From: Octopus sinensis
Lineage: Eukaryota
Direction: 5' to 3'
DNA: 64,000 bases
Assembly (NCBI RefSeq): GCF_006345805.1
Contig: NC_043002.1
Coordinates: forward strand, 83,204,001-83,268,000
The notes below the pieces were generated by a model, which did no database searches, was not told where the DNA came from, and saw nothing but the letters and a program-made list of their open reading frames with translations. Both the position numbers and the translations under genes were made by a program. How positions within the stretch are numbered: position 1 is the first letter of the stretch; the number at the start of each line of letters is the position of its first letter. Positions 62,541 through 64,000 of the stretch are shown one piece after another.

Positions 62541-63264
62541 AATAGTGACAGTTAGTGACGTAGTGTTGACTTGGCGCTTGAAACTTCGCGGGCTTTCTGT
62601 CACTTCCGCCTTGTTCGTTTTGATGTCTGGATTGCATATGGCGAGTTATTTGAGTTTTGGCGCCTTTTCTGTCGTGTTGACTATATACCCTCGAGATTTC
62701 GTTATCTCTTGTTTCGGATGTGGCATTTAGCATCCTTGATTGGAGTCGTGTTTGCTCTGAACTCTGACCTGCTTGAATTGTTTTTTGTAAGTCTAAATTT
62801 GGTTCTCTCAATAATCTTTCTCTTAATCTCATGTCTCTGATTCCACATATCAGAATATCTTTGGTGAGACTGTCTGTGAGGTTGCCGAATTCGCACTGTT
62901 GTGCCTTTTGACGCAACTCTACCGCGTACTCATCGAATTTTTGATGTTCCGCTTGTCCACATGTGAAGAATTTGTGTCTCAGGAAAGTTATGTTTTTCCT
63001 GGGTTCACAATATGCATCGAATTTTTCGATTACTGTTTGAAGGTTCATTTCTTCGTCGGGTGAATCGAAATCCAGAGTGGAATGGATGTCTCGGCCTTTG
63101 GAACCGATGCAAGTTAAAAACATTGAAGTTTTTACTTTGTCTGGCTTTATGTCACTTTCTGTTGCTATCAAAAAGAGATTGAATTCTTTTTTCCACTTTT
63201 TCCATGCTGCGGCTAGATTTTCCTGATTAAAGTCTAGGTCTTTTGGATGCGGTAAATTTTCCAT
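62524..63264 (-). CDS. Gypsy gag (first ATG at 63264)
   Basis: Encodes MENLPHPKDLDF...W..WKK.FNLFLIA...RNITFLRHKFF...LTKDILICGI.D..LRERLLRE..LDL...I, a Gypsy capsid-like pattern. It stops in the middle of the Zn-knuckle region (CHYCGYKK*). Confidence 0.9.
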   Translation of the reverse strand: MENLPHPKDLDFNQENLAAAWKKWKKEFNLFLIATESDIKPDKVKTSMFLTCIGSKGRDIHSTLDFDSPDEEMNLQTVIEKFDAYCEPRKNITFLRHKFFTCGQAEHQKFDEYAVELRQKAQQCEFGNLTDSLTKDILICGIRDMRLRERLLREPNLDLQKTIQAGQSSEQTRLQSRMLNATSETRDNEISRVYSQHDRKGAKTQITRHMQSRHQNEQGGSDRKPAKFQAPSQHYVTNCHYCGYKK

Positions 63265-63331
63265 TTCGTCTTTGAAGTATGATTTCAACTTCTTTTTTCT
63301 TTTGGTTTCTGTATTTTGGGTTCTTTTAGTA

Positions 63332-63342
63332 TTCTGACACCA
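63332..63342 (-). promoter_or_regulatory. Primer-binding site, tRNA-Leu type
   Basis: TGGTGTCAGAA immediately inside the 5' LTR is complementary to the TTCTGACACCA 3' end that I recall for eukaryotic tRNA-Leu(CAA). Not checked against this species' tRNAs. Confidence 0.7.
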
Positions 63343-63590
63343 TGTTGTTGTTATATATATATATATATATATAATGTATTGAGTATTAAAGGAAGTAGTG
63401 AGTACTTAGTATGAAAGATTAAGAAAATGAGAGAGACTGAAAAAACGTGTTAACGATACGAGATACTTTATTAGACTGCCGTTGTTGTACAAGGTATTTG
63501 TTGTGGCGGGAAACTTACTGAATGTCCTTGTATCAAGGGAGACAATGGGCAACGTTGATTGTTCATGTTTGTTGTGATGATTACATAACA
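63343..63590 (-). repeat. 5' LTR of Gypsy element (248 bp)
   Basis: Differs from the 3' LTR only by one TA unit, one A in an A-run and one T/C substitution. Confidence 0.95.
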
Positions 63591-63636
63591 AACACAACGT
63601 TTCGGCTGATATACTCTCCAGCCTTCATCAGGTGCC
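63591..63636 (-). ncRNA. Minimal type I hammerhead ribozyme candidate
   Basis: GGCAC-CUGAUGA-A-GGCUG(GAGAGUAUAU)CAGCC-GAAA-CG-UU/GUGUU: full core, 5-bp helix II, 5-bp helix I (2 G-U pairs) and minimal palindromic ACGU helix III. Confidence 0.65.
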
Positions 63637-63848
63637 TTGGGGAAATTTCGAACCTGGGTTATCATTGTCCGTGGGTAATTATGGAGTGAATTTTAGAGCT
63701 TATAAATCTAATATTCTCCTATCCTTCCTTAATACCGGTTCCCATATGCTGTTCATATCTGCACTCGGTCTGCTTAGGAGGTTGTTGTGCATATGTGCTG
63801 CTTCTTTTAGTTTTCGTATTTTCCAGTGATGTTCTCTGTCAATCCATT
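63591..63848 (-). mobile_element. Penelope-like element 3' part (GIY-YIG C-terminus plus terminal repeat), interrupted by the Gypsy element
   Basis: 63700-63845 on the minus strand reads IDREHHWKIRKLKEAAHMHNNLLSRPSADMNSIWEPVLRKDRRILDL*, a PLE endonuclease tail. It is followed by a hammerhead-type terminal motif and continues left of the Gypsy at about 58935-59025. Confidence 0.8.
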
Positions 63849-63854
63849 AGCAGG

Positions 63855-64000
63855 AAAGTCAACATCGTACATGAAGAATTCCACCCACTTCACAGAATTG
63901 ATCAAGGATACCCCCATTGAATCCAACCAGATGGTGAGTCTAGACGTGATAAGTCTGTTCACCAAAGTTCCAACTGGTGAAGCACTATCAGCGATTCAAG
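63855..64000 (+). mobile_element. Penelope-like reverse transcriptase fragment (inverted relative to the adjacent endonuclease part)
   Basis: Reads STSYMKNSTHFTELIKDTPIESNQMVSLDVISLFTKVPTGEALSAIQ, matching the PLE RT SY.KNS..F...(L)VS.DV.SLFT.VP motif. Runs off the window end. Confidence 0.8.

Larger units (their letters stand above)
59026..63590 (-). mobile_element. Full-length young Ty3/Gypsy LTR retrotransposon (4565 bp)
   Basis: TG...CA LTRs at 59026-59276 and 63343-63590; 5-bp TSD AACAC at 59021-59025 and 63591-63595; PBS TGGTGTCAGAA (63332-63342); polypurine tract AAAAAAAAGGGAAGA (about 59277-59291). Domain order gag-PR-RT-RH-IN. Confidence 0.97.

Overview
AT-rich, intron- and repeat-dense eukaryotic genomic DNA, most likely from an octopus; the species call is inferred from the tRNA-headed OK/OR-type SINE families and the (TA)n/(CA)n load. 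Host genes, all on the + strand: (1) the last six coding exons of a dual oxidase (DUOX; 452-10285, ending in HYENF*); (2) a complete six-exon, 281-aa failed-axon-connections (FAX/FAXC, metaxin/GST-like) gene with an N-terminal membrane anchor (29019-52472); (3) the first coding exon of a second, diverged FAX paralog (57880-57977), which the ORF track shows only in the wrong frame, so the locus looks like a tandem FAX array continuing past the window. The rest is transposable elements. The main one is a very young 4.57-kb Ty3/Gypsy element (59026-63590) with near-identical LTRs, an AACAC target-site duplication, a tRNA-Leu-type PBS, an unusual SQDD RT motif and two frameshifts. It sits inside a Penelope-like element, exactly on helix I of its minimal hammerhead ribozyme. 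Also present: three further minimal hammerhead candidates, HERO-like and CRE-like restriction-like-endonuclease retrotransposon ends, RTE, mariner, Tc1 and hAT relics, two near-identical non-autonomous Helitrons, many foldback MITEs (one family carries TTAGGG runs) and dozens of SINEs. All calls come from reading and hand-translating the sequence. No database search or folding program was run, so TE family names rest on remembered motifs and repeat boundaries are approximate unless TSDs or TIRs are quoted.
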